Shown here: one piece after another, positions 62,792 through 64,000 of the stretch
How positions within the stretch are numbered: the stretch's first letter is position 1
Layout of the letters: every line of letters begins with the position of its first letter
NCBI GenBank assembly: GCA_041483195.1
Contig: JBGPFC010000009.1
Location: 32,001 to 96,000 of the forward strand
Source: Candidatus Eiseniibacteriota bacterium
Lineage (GTDB): Bacteria > Eisenbacteria > RBG-16-71-46
DNA: 64,000 nt
Direction of reading: 5' to 3'
Translations under genes and position numbers: made by a program
The notes under the pieces: generated by a model
The model's input: only the letters and a program-made list of their open reading frames with translations
Databases searched by the model: none
Told to the model about the DNA's origin: nothing

Positions 62792-62866
62792 CCCGGCATC
62801 CCGGTCGCAAACCCGTGCGGGCTCTATGCAACGGCCGCTCAGTGCCGGGCTAAATGGCCTTTCGGC

Positions 62867-62896
62867 TTGACCCTAGCGTGACTTCGCCCCTAACGT
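62867..62896 (+). promoter_or_regulatory. Putative sigma70 promoter of the DUF3467/GH57 genes
   Basis: TTGACC-N18-TAACGT. Confidence 0.55.
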
Positions 62897-62975
62897 GAGC
62901 GTGTTCGGCAAGCGTGCCGATGCTTCGCCGGGATGCGGCGATCGGGTGGGGTTGGGTAAGAACAGGAGTACGGCT

Positions 62976-63281
62976 GTGGAAAAAGGCCAAAACCAGGCGC
63001 AGCAGCACATGCAGATCGAGCTCGGCGAGAAAGAGGCGGAGGGAATCTACTCGAACGTGGCGTTCATCGCGCACTCGCCATCCGAGGTGATTCTCGATTT
63101 CGCCAGGGCGCTTCCCGGGCTGCCCAAGGCGCGCGTCTACGCCCGGGTCATCATGACGCCGCAGCACGCGAAGTCACTGCTGCAGGCGCTCGAGCAGAAC
63201 CTCAAGAACTTCGAGGCTCAGTTCGGTGCGATCAAGCTTCCGGGCGAGCCGCGCGGCAAGGAGCTGGGCTTCAAGCCCTGA
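62976..63281 (+). CDS. DUF3467-like protein
   Basis: GIYSN, SEVILDF, RVIMTPQHAK, FEAQFGAI; GTG with AGGAG. Confidence 0.8.
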   Translation: MEKGQNQAQQHMQIELGEKEAEGIYSNVAFIAHSPSEVILDFARALPGLPKARVYARVIMTPQHAKSLLQALEQNLKNFEAQFGAIKLPGEPRGKELGFKP

Positions 63282-63302
63282 CGGGCGGGCCCGGCACACC
63301 TC

Positions 63303-64000
63303 ATGGCGAGCGGCGCCTTCACTTTCGTGCTGCATTCCCATCTGCCGTGGGTGCTTCATCACGGGCGGTGGCCGCACGGAGTGGACTGGCTGAACGAGGC
63401 GACGGCCGAGACCTACCTCCCGCTGTGGCGGATGTGCCGCGAGCGCGCCGCCGACGGGCGCACGCTCGGGATCACGCTCGGGCTCTCCCCCGTCCTGTGC
63501 GAACAACTCGCGCATCCCGATTTCCATCGGGAGTTCGTCGGCTACCTCGAGCAGAAGATCGTCGCGGCCGAAGAAGACCGCTCGACGTTCTCGCGCACCG
63601 GTGAATCGGCGCTCGCGGCGCTCTCGAAGCGCTGGGAGTCGTTCTACCGCGAGACCCTCGAGGACTTCATGGGGCCGCATGGTCCCAATCTCGTGAAGCG
63701 GTTCCGCCGCCTCGAAGAGCAGGGCGCGATCGAGATCGTGACCTGCGGCGCCACCCACGGCTACTTCCCGCTGCTGGGGCGCGACGCCGCCGTCGAGGCA
63801 CAGGTGCGGATGGCGCGCTCCGCGCACCGGCGCCACTTCGGGCACGACCCGCGCGGCATCTGGCTTCCCGAATGCGCCTATCGTCCCGCAGGCCCGTGGG
63901 CCTCGCCCGTCGATCCTCAGGCGGCGCCGGTCGCGCGCCGCGGCGTTGAAGAGATCCTCGCTGCGCACGGGATGGAGTATTTCTTCGTGGACCGCCATCT
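63303..64000 (+). CDS. GH57 1,4-alpha-glucan branching enzyme (truncated by the window end)
   Basis: VLHSHLPWV, WLNEATAETYLP, CGATHGYFPL, GIWLPECAY. Confidence 0.88.
   Translation, partial: MASGAFTFVLHSHLPWVLHHGRWPHGVDWLNEATAETYLPLWRMCRERAADGRTLGITLGLSPVLCEQLAHPDFHREFVGYLEQKIVAAEEDRSTFSRTGESALAALSKRWESFYRETLEDFMGPHGPNLVKRFRRLEEQGAIEIVTCGATHGYFPLLGRDAAVEAQVRMARSAHRRHFGHDPRGIWLPECAYRPAGPWASPVDPQAAPVARRGVEEILAAHGMEYFFVDRH

Overview
High-GC (visually about 70%) bacterial chromosomal window, almost entirely core housekeeping genes on the minus strand. It comes from a diderm: Omp85/TamB proteins and LPS-type glycosyltransferases are present. The gene mix suggests an FCB-associated or similar uncultured lineage, which is inference only. 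In minus-strand transcription order the genes are: a GAF-domain degenerate histidine kinase, tRNA-Phe, tRNA-Thr, glmM, glmS, ridA, selD (UGA-selenocysteine), selC, DUF5683-like, lepA, lepB, hemW, hrcA, grpE, dnaJ (no dnaK), rsmE, rpsU, cvpA, mutS2, dnaG, rpoD, a GT-C glycosyltransferase, tRNA-Ile2, tRNA-Val, C4 zinc-ribbon protein, membrane patatin, rnhA, rnpB, recJ, rel, dtd, maf, rplM, rpsI, rpsB, tsf, pyrH, frr, uppS, cdsA, dxr, four glycosyltransferases, rseP, tamA-like, tamB, a peptidase/beta-propeller/Omp85 fusion, pcrA/uvrD, gatC, gatA, gatB, purD, purE, tsaC and a low-molecular-weight phosphatase. On the plus strand at the right end are a DUF3467-like gene and a truncated GH57 branching enzyme. 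No mobile element, prophage or CRISPR array was seen. The most interesting points are a selenocysteine locus containing an unannotated ~120-nt multibranch RNA-like element between selD and selC, a sigma54-preceded pseudo-histidine kinase, a three-gene outer-membrane assembly cluster with a metalloprotease-Omp85 fusion, a patatin with a four-TM insert, rnhA overlapping RNase P RNA, and several hidden small ORFs or non-canonical starts. All calls come from motif reading by eye; no database searches were run.
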